DNA from: an uncultured virus (IMG/VR IMGVR_UViG_3300032038_000023)
Taxonomy: Duplodnaviria > Heunggongvirae > Uroviricota > Caudoviricetes
Length of the DNA stretch: 64,000 bases
IMG/VR virus record: IMGVR_UViG_3300032038_000023
Reading direction: 5' to 3' (one strand)
Shown: in pieces, positions 44,437 through 55,451 of the stretch
How positions within the stretch are numbered: position 1 is the stretch's first letter
Layout: each line of letters starts with the position of its first letter
The notes under the pieces: generated by a model
The model's input: only the letters and a program-made list of their open reading frames with translations
Told to the model about the DNA's origin: nothing
The model's database searches: none
Made by a program: the position numbers and the translations under genes

Positions 44437-45103
44437 TTTAATTTCTCCTTCTTTATTTTTTCTAATAATATTATATCATAAAATTTTAATTTTGTCAAGA
44501 CTTTTTACGTATGGCAAAATATCAAAATTTTCTGTCAAATTTTTAAATATTTTTGTGCAATTTGCCAGCCGTACGAACCGGCGCGGCCGTGTCAAATTTT
44601 TGGGCGCTCGTCCAGCTCCCAGCTGCATGGAATTTCCCAGCTCCCAGCTTTTGCAGCTTTTTGCAGCTGCACAGAAAATGAAAATTTGACACGGATGAAA
44701 TTTGGAAGTACCGACGTAAGAGACGAAAATTGACGCGAGACAAAATTTGCAAAAAGTGGAATTTAGACGTCATACGTCTAAATAAAATTTGAAAAAATAA
44801 AGAGGATTATTCATCCTCTGTATTAAAAATATTATAATCAATTTGCCAATCACCATATTTTGAAGGCGTGTTAGTGATTGTTAAACTTTTAATTTCACAG
44901 TCAAAAGCAGACAAAAGATGAATAGCCTCAAGTTTTGCTTCTTCATAAGAGTTTACATAGATCATTGTATCTGGTCTCCTTTCTTTTTGTGATTATAATA
45001 TATCATATTTTCCGGAGAAAGTCAACTACTATATTTAGACGTGACACGTCTAAATCCGATTTCGTAAAAAGTAACGGAGTGGTTACACTCCGTTACAATC
45101 TGT

Positions 45104-45772
45104 TTACTTCTCAAACGCTCCCTTCCTCATTTTTTTGTGCTGTTTCATGCACCGCACGAAAATTTCTTTTTCGATAAGTACATCTTCGAGGCCTGTGTGG
45201 TCTTCGATAAAGTCCACGTTTTGTGTGATGTACCGATAAAGAATCTCAGCAGTCGCGCGCGGTGTTCCGTTCTGCTTGGTGTATCCGTTGCGCTCGCAGA
45301 AGCGGATGTAGGTCGGTTGTTTGCAGATGGTATCCTGCGCCATCTTTAAGGTGTCCCACATCGGGACACCGTAGGGGAGGAAGTATCGCGTTTTTGATTT
45401 GGTTACATAGCGCAGGGTGTAGTTGGTAGAGCGATAGTCAAAGCGTGCATTATGAGCGATAATTGCCTTGACGTTGTACTTTTTACAGAGGTCGGCAACG
45501 TGGCGGCGCGCCGTGTAGATGGAAACAATCTTGCGCAGGCCCGCGGCGATCTGGGCCTCGTACATGGGCCGCTTCTCGGCGTAGTACGCTGTATCAAACA
45601 GCTGGCGATCAGCGCAAAAGATGTCGTAGATAACGAAGCTGAAGGTCTCGTATACGTTGCCCTGGCGGTCATGGATAGCTCCGCCCAGGTCGTACATCAT
45701 GGGATCATCCAGTCCGTTGGCGGTCTCGGTGTCGATGGTCAAGTAGTAGTTGCGGCGGCGGTCGATGGTCAT
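45104..45772 (-). CDS. DEDDh 3'-5' exonuclease 1
   Basis: IDTET, HNARFD, HTGLED. Confidence 0.8.
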   Translation of the reverse strand: MTIDRRRNYYLTIDTETANGLDDPMMYDLGGAIHDRQGNVYETFSFVIYDIFCADRQLFDTAYYAEKRPMYEAQIAAGLRKIVSIYTARRHVADLCKKYNVKAIIAHNARFDYRSTNYTLRYVTKSKTRYFLPYGVPMWDTLKMAQDTICKQPTYIRFCERNGYTKQNGTPRATAEILYRYITQNVDFIEDHTGLEDVLIEKEIFVRCMKQHKKMRKGAFEK

Positions 45773-46318
45773 AATATGCACCTCATTTAATAGTGTCAAG
45801 TAGGTTGGCGTCCCTTCCTCACTTGCAAGACTATAATACCACATAATCATGGAAAAGTCAATACAAAGTTGGAGTGGTTTTTAGACGTCATACGTCTAAA
45901 TAGGAACGCAGCGCTGAATAAAAATACACCCTTTCGGGTGTATTAGGTATAATTTTCAACAGAAATTTCAGACAATTCTACTTGCCAAGCAGGGATACCT
46001 GTGTTTAATTCAATAAACTTTGCCAAGCTCAATTCTTCCAAAATATTCCAGTCTGAATCAGTGAGATCATATTCATTTTTTTCCCACGCTTTGAAAAATT
46101 TATACCATTTTCCAGACTGAGGAATTTTAAAAGTTTCAGTAACAGGTTTTGAATAGCTAAGTTTAATTGTTTTCATTTTTTTACTTCCTTTCTTTATTGT
46201 GTCTATAATATACCACAAATTTAGGAATCTGTCAACATTTACTTTTAGACGTAATACGTCTAAATCCAGAAAATATGAAAAAACGGTTACATTTCTGTAA
46301 CCGTTCTTTCGGGATTTG

Positions 46319-46663
46319 TTACTCCTCGGCGGAGTCCTTTTCGGCCGCCTTCTTTGCTTTTTCGGCGGCCTTTGCCTCGGCCTTTGCTTTCTTCTCAGCG
46401 GCGGCCCGCTCACGCTCGGCGGCTTTTTCGGCCTTTTCGGCAACCTTGGCCTGATAGTCGGTGCGCTCCTGATAGCACTCGTCAGAATCTTTCTTGACGA
46501 CCTTGGCGACTACCTCAACAAAGCACTCCTCGCCCTCATAGACAGCGGGAAAGTTGAAGCTGTTGGAGGTAATCATGCCCACGTCCTCGCCGCAGTCGGC
46601 GAGATAGGCAAACAGGCGGTTGATGACGGCAGTACGAACGGCATTAGCAAGAGCAAGTTTCAT
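46319..46663 (-). CDS. Hypothetical protein with Ala/Lys-rich tail
   Basis: Paralog of 44089. Confidence 0.7.
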   Translation of the reverse strand: MKLALANAVRTAVINRLFAYLADCGEDVGMITSNSFNFPAVYEGEECFVEVVAKVVKKDSDECYQERTDYQAKVAEKAEKAAERERAAAEKKAKAEAKAAEKAKKAAEKDSAEE

Positions 46664-47136
46664 GTGACTCCTCACTTTCTGGTTTTGTCGGTTTTCCTTC
46701 CCTTATTTACAAGTAGAGTATACACCAAAATCGGGAAATTGTCAACACTTGGTTTTAGACGTCATACGTCTAAAATATAAAAAGCAGAGAATTAATCTCT
46801 GCCTTCAAATTTTTTGAACCAGTCTTCAACCGGAGTATCAATATCGGGGATTTCACTAATAGACCAGTCTTCGCCCTCTTCCATGTCCCAATCATTTTCT
46901 ACGATGTAGTGTTTCCACGCTTTTCTAAATTGCATTGCTTTTTCTTCAGTAGAGAAAATAGCATAACTACCTGACCAAGAATCGTGAAATAAGTACATTT
47001 GATTTACTCCCTTCTTTATTGTGTCTATAATATACCACAAAATAACATGAAAGTCAATACTCCAATTTAGACGTAAAACGTCTAAATACGTGGTAACGAA
47101 AAGTGTTACATTTCTGTAACACTTCTCTTTATTTTG

Positions 47137-47883
47137 TTACCGGAGTGTAATCTCAGTCTTTCCCTTGTTGATTCTGATCTTTCGATAGTCAAAGTAATAA
47201 TCAACTTGCTCGGCAGTCTTGATATGTAAAGTCTTTTCTTCTTCTCTTTCGATAGACCGTAATGCTTTATACTCTTCCCGAAGATTTGCGCCCTGTGCAA
47301 CGCATTGCCGCAGAATCTCGGCCTCAATCTTTGCATCGCTAAGTGCCGTATGATCTTCCGTAAAGTCATCATTAAAAAGATACTTGTAAACGGTTTCGGC
47401 AGTGGTGGAATAATTACCGCTATCGGTAAAAAGGGAAAATCTTTCGCAATACGCTTTATAATCATCATTGACGATGAAAGAATGCACAAAACCTCTGATA
47501 TCCTTTATGGGAATGGTATCAAAAGGATTATTGCACTTGTACCAATCGCAATTAAAATTGAAAACTTTTTCATCAAAAGAAGAATTGAAAGCAAAAGCAA
47601 TTTCAACATCAAAATTGCGAAAATCCCTTGCCATCTGGCGGCAGATATAACCGAACTTGTCCATTGTAGTAGTGCGGGCGCGCATTGCGGCAACGTACAG
47701 AGGGCGCTTTTCGGCATAATAGGCCGACTGGAAGAGCGGCAGATTGTGCCATACTTGCTCCACGACATACGAGCGGGCGCAGAGGGTAGACCAGTCCTCA
47801 GTATCAATGACGACATAGCCGACATTATAGCAGAAGGGCTTGTCGAGGGACGTAGTTTCAGTATCGAATACACAGATTTTCAT
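47137..47883 (-). CDS. DEDDh 3'-5' exonuclease 2
   Basis: FDTET, FNSSFD, HTALSD; shares AYYAEKRPxY with 45104. Confidence 0.8.
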   Translation of the reverse strand: MKICVFDTETTSLDKPFCYNVGYVVIDTEDWSTLCARSYVVEQVWHNLPLFQSAYYAEKRPLYVAAMRARTTTMDKFGYICRQMARDFRNFDVEIAFAFNSSFDEKVFNFNCDWYKCNNPFDTIPIKDIRGFVHSFIVNDDYKAYCERFSLFTDSGNYSTTAETVYKYLFNDDFTEDHTALSDAKIEAEILRQCVAQGANLREEYKALRSIEREEEKTLHIKTAEQVDYYFDYRKIRINKGKTEITLR

Positions 47884-48049
47884 TAGGGGATACCTCTTTC
47901 ATATAGTGTTCAGTGGGTTTGGCTTCCCTTCCCAACTGACAAGTAGAGTATACCACATAATTGCGGGAAAGTCAATCCTATGTTTTAGACGTAACACGTC
48001 TAAATATAGGAAAAGTTACAAAAGGGTAACATTTCTGTTACCCTTTAGT

Positions 48050-48475
48050 TTAAAGATTCTTCAAAATTTCGAAAATTTCTTTTTCCGTATATGCTCCCTC
48101 GCCCCAGGCCGTTCTGTTGTGTTCTTCATCATCAAAGAGGATACCATCAGAAAAAAGCTCTTTCGGCGTGCCGTAGGGAATAATAATAATTTCAGAAAAC
48201 TGAACGCTTGCGAGATGCTGGCGTAGCCACTTGATTTTGGCTTGCCGGACTGCTTCGTTGTACTCTTCTGAGCCATTGCGGCTTGTCCATGAAATAATAT
48301 TCACTTCGTAGCCTGCCCGAATCAGCCGATTGAGCACACGAGCGAGGGCTTGCAGATTGACCAGCGGCCGAGCTTCCACATATGGCCGCACATCTTCGTG
48401 CAGTAAGTCCTCAAGCCAATTAGATACGCCGTACAGATCGGCAATAGTGCCGTCCATATCGAAATTGATTTTCAT
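48050..48475 (-). CDS. HAD 5'(3')-nucleotidase-like protein
   Basis: FDMDGTIAD, LFDD. Confidence 0.75.
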   Translation of the reverse strand: MKINFDMDGTIADLYGVSNWLEDLLHEDVRPYVEARPLVNLQALARVLNRLIRAGYEVNIISWTSRNGSEEYNEAVRQAKIKWLRQHLASVQFSEIIIIPYGTPKELFSDGILFDDEEHNRTAWGEGAYTEKEIFEILKNL

Positions 48476-48634
48476 GATTTTTGCTCCCTTCCTTTATCTT
48501 GTGATTATATGATACCACAAAATCCTAAAAATTGCAAGTCTTTTTTCGGAGTGGTTTTAGACGTAACACGTCTAAATTTTATTTTTGAAAAAAATTACAG
48601 AGTCGTTACCGACTCTGTAACTCTTTTGTAAGGA

Positions 48635-48988
48635 TTACTCCTCACGGGGCATCGTGTAGACGATGCGGCGAGATTTGCCGATTTTCGCCTCGGCCCGGAC
48701 GATTGTACCCTCGGCCACGAACGGCTTGCAAGCGGCAGTCACCTGCGCCGGAGACATATCGAGAGCGGCGGCGATCTCGTCCCGGGTCATCGGGTGCTCC
48801 TGATTGGAGTAGAAGAAGCTGAGGACAGCGTCCTTCCGAGCGGCGGCCTCCTTCTGATCCTTCGTCAGCGTAGCCTTGCGCTGGAGGTTCTTCTTGTCCA
48901 GCTTGCCGATGAGGATGCGGCTTGCTTCGTCCATTTCGTCAGAAATGTGAGCGTCAAGAACGGCCTGGAAATATTCACGAGTAGTCAT
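48635..48988 (-). CDS. MTTREFY-family protein 2
   Basis: MTTREYF...MTRDEIAAALDMSPAQVTAACK HTH. Confidence 0.75.
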   Translation of the reverse strand: MTTREYFQAVLDAHISDEMDEASRILIGKLDKKNLQRKATLTKDQKEAAARKDAVLSFFYSNQEHPMTRDEIAAALDMSPAQVTAACKPFVAEGTIVRAEAKIGKSRRIVYTMPREE

Positions 48989-49178
48989 GGGAACATCCTT
49001 TCTGCGCTTCATGCGCTTTAGCGGTCGGTCGCTACCCTATTATTTTTTTTGTTCCTTCCCTTGGAACGATTATAATATACCACAAATTCCGGAAAATTGC
49101 AATACCCCTATTTAGACGTGATACGTCTAAATCATATTTTAGGGAAAAGGTTACATTTCTGTAACCTTTTCCTTTTGC

Positions 49179-49517
49179 TCACTCAGAAATCTGGTAAGCG
49201 ATCTTTTTTGACTTCTCGACTTTGACTTCGGTTTTCGTGATCGCATCACCGAGTGCCTTGCACGCGGCGGTCGCCTGCGCGGGAGAGATGCCGAGGACGC
49301 CGGCGATGGTGTCGCGGGTGACCGGTTCGGTCTGCTCCTTGAGGAAAGCCAGCACAGCTTCGCGGCGGGCGGCGGCTTCTTTCTGCTCTTTGGTGGGCGT
49401 AGTCTTCCGCTTGGCGTTCTTCGCGTCCAGCGCGTCAATCAGCTCCTGCGCCTTGCTCAGCACGTCAGCATCAATCTTGTTGTCAGCAACAGCCTGATAG
49501 AATTCGCGTGTGGTCAT
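49179..49517 (-). CDS. MTTREFY-family protein 3
   Basis: MTTREFY...VTRDTIAGVLGISPAQATAACK HTH. Confidence 0.75.
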   Translation of the reverse strand: MTTREFYQAVADNKIDADVLSKAQELIDALDAKNAKRKTTPTKEQKEAAARREAVLAFLKEQTEPVTRDTIAGVLGISPAQATAACKALGDAITKTEVKVEKSKKIAYQISE

Positions 49518-49795
49518 GGTACGTTCCTTTCTACGCGTGCGCGTAACGATGTCGGTCATCACCCTTGATTGTGATTTAATTATATTACACTTTGTGTGGT
49601 TTGTCAAGAGGGTTTTTCCTCAAAGCGCTTACATTGGAATTTTTTTATGATGGCGGCGTTATTTCGCCCTTCTCCATCTCCCTCTTGGCAAGTATAATAT
49701 ATCACATATTGGGAGAAAAGTCAACAGTGGTTTTTAGACGTGACACGTCTAAATTAGATTTTAGGAGAAGTTACATTTTGTAACTTCTCCTTTCT

Positions 49796-52741
49796 TTACT
49801 CTCGACCGATTTTTCCTTTTCTCACATAGAGAAGAGTTTCGTAACCGTCATATTCTTCGATTTCCCAGTCGGTCACATCATCAGGGATTTCGTAGACTTC
49901 TAAGTTGGCAAACTCGTCATTGAGCCGCGCGCCGAATGCTTCCACCAGAGCGGCCAGCGTTTCATGCATGGTGTTACCCTGTTCAAAAAACATTTCCCGC
50001 TCAGGATAGTGCGTACCGAGTATTTCAGCACCGAAATCAGAGAGACCGAAACCGCCATAGCATTTGTTGAGAACAATTTTCATTTTAGGAACCTCCTTCA
50101 TTTGATGGTTAAAGTATATCACACTTTCTGGAAAATTGCAAGAGTCGTTTTTAGACGTAAGACGTCTAAATAAAGAATACTGGAGTATTACTCCAGTATT
50201 TTCGCCTCATGAATGCTTATCACTCCATCAAAGTCTGCTCGACGATAAAGGTCTTCTATATCACATTCGCCGAGGCAATCCCTTGCACTTTCTTCTGTAC
50301 CATCAAAGTCCCAATCATCGGGGAAAGTCGCAGTATCAATAATAAAACAATAAGCGCGCTTGTATTCAACTAACATTTTTATCTCTCCTTTCTTTACTGT
50401 GACTATATAATATTACAAAATCCTTTAATTGTCAATCTTCTTCTTTAGACGTAATACGTCTAAATTCTCCTATAATAAAATGGCGGCGACTCCGGAGGGA
50501 AGAGTCGGCCGCCCCATCGTATCAAATTTAGTCTTCGTAGTCTCCGCCAGCGCAGCCGTAGCAGAAGATTTCATCGGTGTCGAAATCTACGAACGCACTG
50601 GGGAGCGCCATTGTCATGTTGCAGCAGGTGCAGCGGACGATCATCGGCAGGCCGTTCTCGCTAAACCACGAGCCGGGGATGTTGTCCCAGGGCATCTCAA
50701 TGCTCATCTTCTGGAGCAGATAATTTCTAACAGATGTGAGTTTTCTCATTTGGTTTTACCCCCTTCTTTATTGTGACTACATGATACCACATAATCCTCG
50801 AAAAGTCAACTACCTATTTTAGACGTGATACGTCTAAATATGGGAAGGGGAATCATTTCCCCATGAGATCCCGATAAACATTCAGAAAATATTCTGTAGA
50901 TCTTTTTGCGAAAACATAGGAAATATATCCCGCTTCGAAACTGTCTTCGCCATATTTTGCAACAACCTCATTCTTCATGTTGATAAGTGCCATTGTTTTT
51001 TCCTCCTTCTTTATTGTGACTATAATATACCATAAAGAAAGAGAATTGTCAATCCTTCTGTTTAGACGTAACACGTCTAAAAATCCGCCTAAAAAAAATG
51101 CGGCTGTGTCCGGAGGTAAGACACAGCCGCCCAGCGTATCAAGTGTAAGTATCGAAGCCCCACATCTCAGCTTCTTCCTCGGTCATAGTGCCGAGGCATT
51201 CGATTTCATTCTCATCAAAGCCATTCTCGGCGGCGATTCGCCACGCGCTCGGCGTGCTGTCGGCTTCCACGAAGAACTCTTCGCCCGAATCATTATCAAA
51301 GAAGTAGTAAGTTTTCATTTTTTGTTCTCCCTTCCTTTACTGTGTCTATAATATACCACATAAACCCGAATCTGTCAATACTGGTTTTTAGACGTGATAC
51401 GTCTAAATACCCACGCTGGGGAAGAGGGGGAATTACTTCCCCTCCTTCGCCTCGTAGTACCGAATCCAGCGGCCGACAGCTTCGGCGGCGTAGGCGCGGG
51501 CTTCCTCGTAGCTGTCGAACGAGGCCAGCTCCTTCTTGCCCTTGAGCACGGTGAAACCACGGGTAACGTCAACATTGATGCCATAGATCTTCATAGTAGA
51601 ACCTCCATATCGGGCGGCGGCCCTTTATCGTCCGCTCCGTCCCCTTCAGTGTCTATATGATACCACAGAAAGCCCGATTTGTCAACACCTAATTTAGACG
51701 TGATACGTCTAAATCGGTTGGGTCATGCGACCCGCCCGCAGTATCGTGTACTTAGAATCAAATCGTCATAGATTGTAACCGTCCCGTTACTATCTATCAC
51801 CATCGCGCACACATCGTCAATCATCCAATCTTCAATTCCGGAAAACTCCCACAAGTTTCCTGTATAGTCTTCCACAGTAACGGTATTTTTCTCTAAATTT
51901 ATTTCCTTTACTATCCCACAATTGGGATAAATTTCGGAAAAATTGTCGGCATATGCGGGTATTGGGGAAGAAATTTTGGAAAATATCAGAACGGCGGCGA
52001 TCAACCACAAAATTCCACAAAGTTTTTTCATAATTTCGGAAAACTCCTTTACTTTTCTGTTTTACAAGTAAAGTATAACCGATTTTCGGGAAAAAGTCAA
52101 GAGACTATTTAGACGTAAGACGTCTAAACCCAAAAAAGGACGGGATTTTCTCCCGTCCGGTTCTTACCCGAGACTCACCGGAGTCAGGAAGTACTCACGG
52201 AGGATCTCACCCGTTTCCCGATCTGTTGCGATGTAGCACCGCCCATAGTTAGTGTAGTTCATGCGGAAGTCTGCAACGTCTTCGATTTCAGCCATGTGGG
52301 CGCACGCCAGCTCACGGGCTTCCTCCCAGGACTTGCACGGCGAACCGATATACCGCTCACGGAAGTCCTCCGGCAGTTTGTAGTTACGTTCGATCACAGA
52401 GATAATCATTTTTGTTGCCTCCTAAAAAGTTTTTTTGTTTTTGTCCTTTGGACAAGTCCATTATAACAAATCAAAACCCAAAAGTCAAGACTCTATTTAG
52501 ACGTGATACGTCTAAATAGTCGTCACTTCCGAAGAAGTGACTTTCGGGATTACCAACCGAAATCAAAACGGTCATCCCAATCGCAGATAATAAATTTTCC
52601 GAGTTCTTCGATCCACGCGCCGACCCAGACGTCGTCTCCAAAGTCCGCATTCAGATCGACATAGAGTTCGACTTCTTCTTTCGTCTCGAAGACGATGGAG
52701 TCGATGCGGCCATCTACATGTTTGATTTCAAGTTTGAACAT
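49796..52741 (-). CDS. Series of single-gene cassettes with small hypothetical proteins (49796, 50188, 50528, 50853, 51723, 52164, 52550 and others)
   Basis: Each ORF has its own RBS, promoter and palindrome. Confidence 0.7.
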
Positions 52742-53539
52742 TTTGGGTACCTCCGTTTTCTTTATTTAACTTACGAGTATAATATACACTATTTCCGGAG
52801 AATTGTCAAGACCTCGGTTTAGACGTAAGACGTCTAAATCAAGTTTTGGGAAAAAGTTACACAAGTTTTACCTTGTGTAACTCTTTCGTCAGATTTCGTC
52901 CCACCAGATTTTCATGTGGACTTCGTAAGTTTTTCCGTCCTTTTCGACGACGCATCAGTCTTCCATGCCGCGCGCATCGGGGACATTTGACACCGTGTCG
53001 ATATACATATTGAAGAGATCGTGCGCGAGATCGAGAATTGCTTTTGCGAAATTTTTCATTTTTGTTTCCTCCTTTGTTTTATGTACCCATTATACACGAG
53101 TTTCGGGAATCCGTCAAGTCTCTATTTAGACGTGATACGTCTAAAAAGAAAATTGGGAGTCAATTCTCCCAACTATCCCAAAACTTTTCTTGTTCTTTCT
53201 GATTTCGGGAAAGTTCTTCTTCACATTTCCCGACAAACCAAACGATCCCCATAATTGCCAGAATTACAAGAATCCCCCAACTGAGCGGATTATCCATTGC
53301 AGCTCCTCCTTTTATTTTTCTATAAATATTATACCACGAATTTACGGAAAATTCAAGTCACAGCTTCCAGCTCCAGCTTTCGCAGCTGCCAAATTCGGAA
53401 GAATTCGGGGAGAATTGGCCACGGTCGGGCACGCGCTGGCGTGGCGTGGCGGAATTTCGGGCGGGCTGGCGGCTGGTCGGTGGCTCTCTTTTCACTGTCT
53501 ACATTATACCACAAAACCTCGGTTAGTTACAACTAACTA

Positions 53540-53875
53540 TTTAGACGCTATCCGTCTAAAGTGTACATGTATACATGTATACAATTGATACGTCTAAATT
53601 TTAGGAAGTGTATAATTGTATACAATTATACAAAACAATACGTCTAAATTTTCTGATAATTATTTCACAAACTTTTTAGACATGATACGTCTAAATTTTC
53701 GCCGTGGTTAGATATGACTAACTATAGTTAGAGATCTCTAACTATCGGTAAAGATGTCTAATTATGGTTAGAGACCTCTAACTGTGGTTAGAATTATCTA
53801 ACTTGCGATACGTCTAAATTTTTTGGTGAATGATACGTCTAAATAATCGGACCACGGTTAGACGCCTCTAACTGC
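53540..53875. repeat. Iteron-like block: 20-bp-period GTTAG-N6-CTAAC palindromes plus operator half-sites
   Basis: Units at ~53706, 53726, 53746 (degenerate), 53766, 53786 and 53857; repeated ATACGTCTAAA half-sites. Confidence 0.8.
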
Positions 53876-53918
53876 CGTTCAAAAAAATTCCCTGCATCAA
53901 GTAGATGCAGGGGAAGTT

Positions 53919-54421
53919 TTATGCCCAGTGAAAGAAAGTATCAAAGTACTCGCAAGAGGACTTGACCCGCTCAAGAGGGATACGGCCGTCAAGCCTCTTG
54001 TAAATCGGATACACGCCAAGCCCGGCCGCCCTGTAAAGCTCGACCGCAAAGCGCAAGCCTGCATGCCGGACCTCGCCAGCAACGGCCATGTCGGCGGCCG
54101 TGATTGCCTCCTCGGCCGTATCGACAACAAGCCCGGCCTTCTCGAGGATATAGACGGTGCGGATAGTAAAGTCTTTATACATTGTAAAACCTCCTTAAAA
54201 TGTGGGAGGGCTTTTCGCCCTCCCTTGTGTTTTTACTTCAGGATGCCGTCATTCTCGAGGCAATCATAGTGCCAAGCGAGGTCCCTGAGCTTTTCGGCCA
54301 AGCCCTTGAAATAATCCACGTCCTGAAAATCTTTGAGGGCCCCTGTGGCCTCGGCCCTGGCCTCCGCCTCCTCGGCGAGCGCCTCCATGCGCTTAATCTC
54401 GGCAGTAAAATCAATCTTCAT
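53919..54421 (-). CDS. Two small hypothetical genes
   Basis: AAGGAGG RBS; ORFs 53919..54182 and 54233..54421. Confidence 0.65.
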
Positions 54422-54452
54422 TTTTAAAACCTCCTTTATTTGGTGAGGGGCT

Positions 54453-54977
54453 TTATTCAAGCCCCTCAAAGTCTTCCTCGGTGTACACCGTGCCAGGAGT
54501 GTAGGGAATCGGCCAGTCTAACAGCCATTCGAAAAACTTTTTGCTTGACGGCTGGATTGCTTCCTCGGGGTTTTTTCCGTTCGTGCTTTTTGTAGCTCCG
54601 AAACGATCAAGCGCCGCCAGGAAAACCTCGGTCGGAATTAAAACCGGGTCAATCTCTCTCAGCTCTTCCCAGGCCTCGGTGGTCTTCCCTGCCTTGTGCT
54701 TCTGAACAAACCGGAGGCGATAGATAACAAACCTCGGTGCGCCCGGCTTGCGCAGGCTCTCAATACGGCCGCCGTTGGTCTTACACTCGGCCTTGACGTG
54801 GCCTCGGCCGAGGTTGATGTACACATCAGCCTCGCCCTGTTTGGAAACACGCACTTTCCTGCTGTTCTCAGGGGCGCAGGTCAGCTCAAAGATACGGCCC
54901 TCAGCGCCCTGATCATGGGCCTTGTTCATGGTATGCCGCAGGACTTCCTCAGCCCTCATAGCCTGATATTTATTCAT
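54453..54977 (-). CDS. Possible PD-(D/E)xK nuclease-fold protein
   Basis: E...ADVYI...AECKT. Confidence 0.55.
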   Translation of the reverse strand: MNKYQAMRAEEVLRHTMNKAHDQGAEGRIFELTCAPENSRKVRVSKQGEADVYINLGRGHVKAECKTNGGRIESLRKPGAPRFVIYRLRFVQKHKAGKTTEAWEELREIDPVLIPTEVFLAALDRFGATKSTNGKNPEEAIQPSSKKFFEWLLDWPIPYTPGTVYTEEDFEGLE

Positions 54978-55451
54978 TGTATAGCCCTCCTAAAAAATAA
55001 ATTTGATTTCGCTTGTGCGCTTGTAAGTTTCAACACGGCGTTGCAATACTGCCAACTTATCACCGCTTGCCAACTGTCGCCTCATATGATTCTTTCCGCC
55101 TTGCGAGGCCCTTGCTTGTGTTCTTTTGTGCCTTGCGAGTATAAGATAGCACAAACGAAAACAGATTGCAAGCCCTATTTTACATTTTTAGACGCTTTGC
55201 GGTCTGTTCTACGTTTTGTACAATTTGGTCTGCCTGTTTTTGTGCATCATGCACAGATCCGAGGGCGGGGTTGTTACGGGATTGTAACCGTTTTGTAACT
55301 TTTCAGACCGGGACCGCTGGCTACAAAATCTACTGAACTAAAATTCTCAAATTCATATACTTCCCACACTTACCCCCTACTTCTATATAAAGAAATCTAC
55401 GTTTTCACGTATACGTAAACGTATACGTAAACGTATACGTTGGAGGTTACG

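Larger units (their letters stand above)
44762..53145. promoter_or_regulatory. 20 copies of palindrome TTTAGACGT-NAN-ACGTCTAAA upstream of minus-strand promoters
   Basis: Starts at 44762, 45034, 45880, 46244, 46754, 47066, 47984, 48556, 49111, 49733, 50150, 50444, 50818, 51061, 51387, 51693, 52108, 52496, 52818, 53125. Confidence 0.93.

Noticed and set aside
44610..44670. CAGCT clusters (also at 53361-53390)
   Set aside because: Short and irregular; no function can be supported.
44762..53145. CRISPR array
   Set aside because: The intervals are hundreds of nt, variable in length and contain whole genes; no cas genes are seen.
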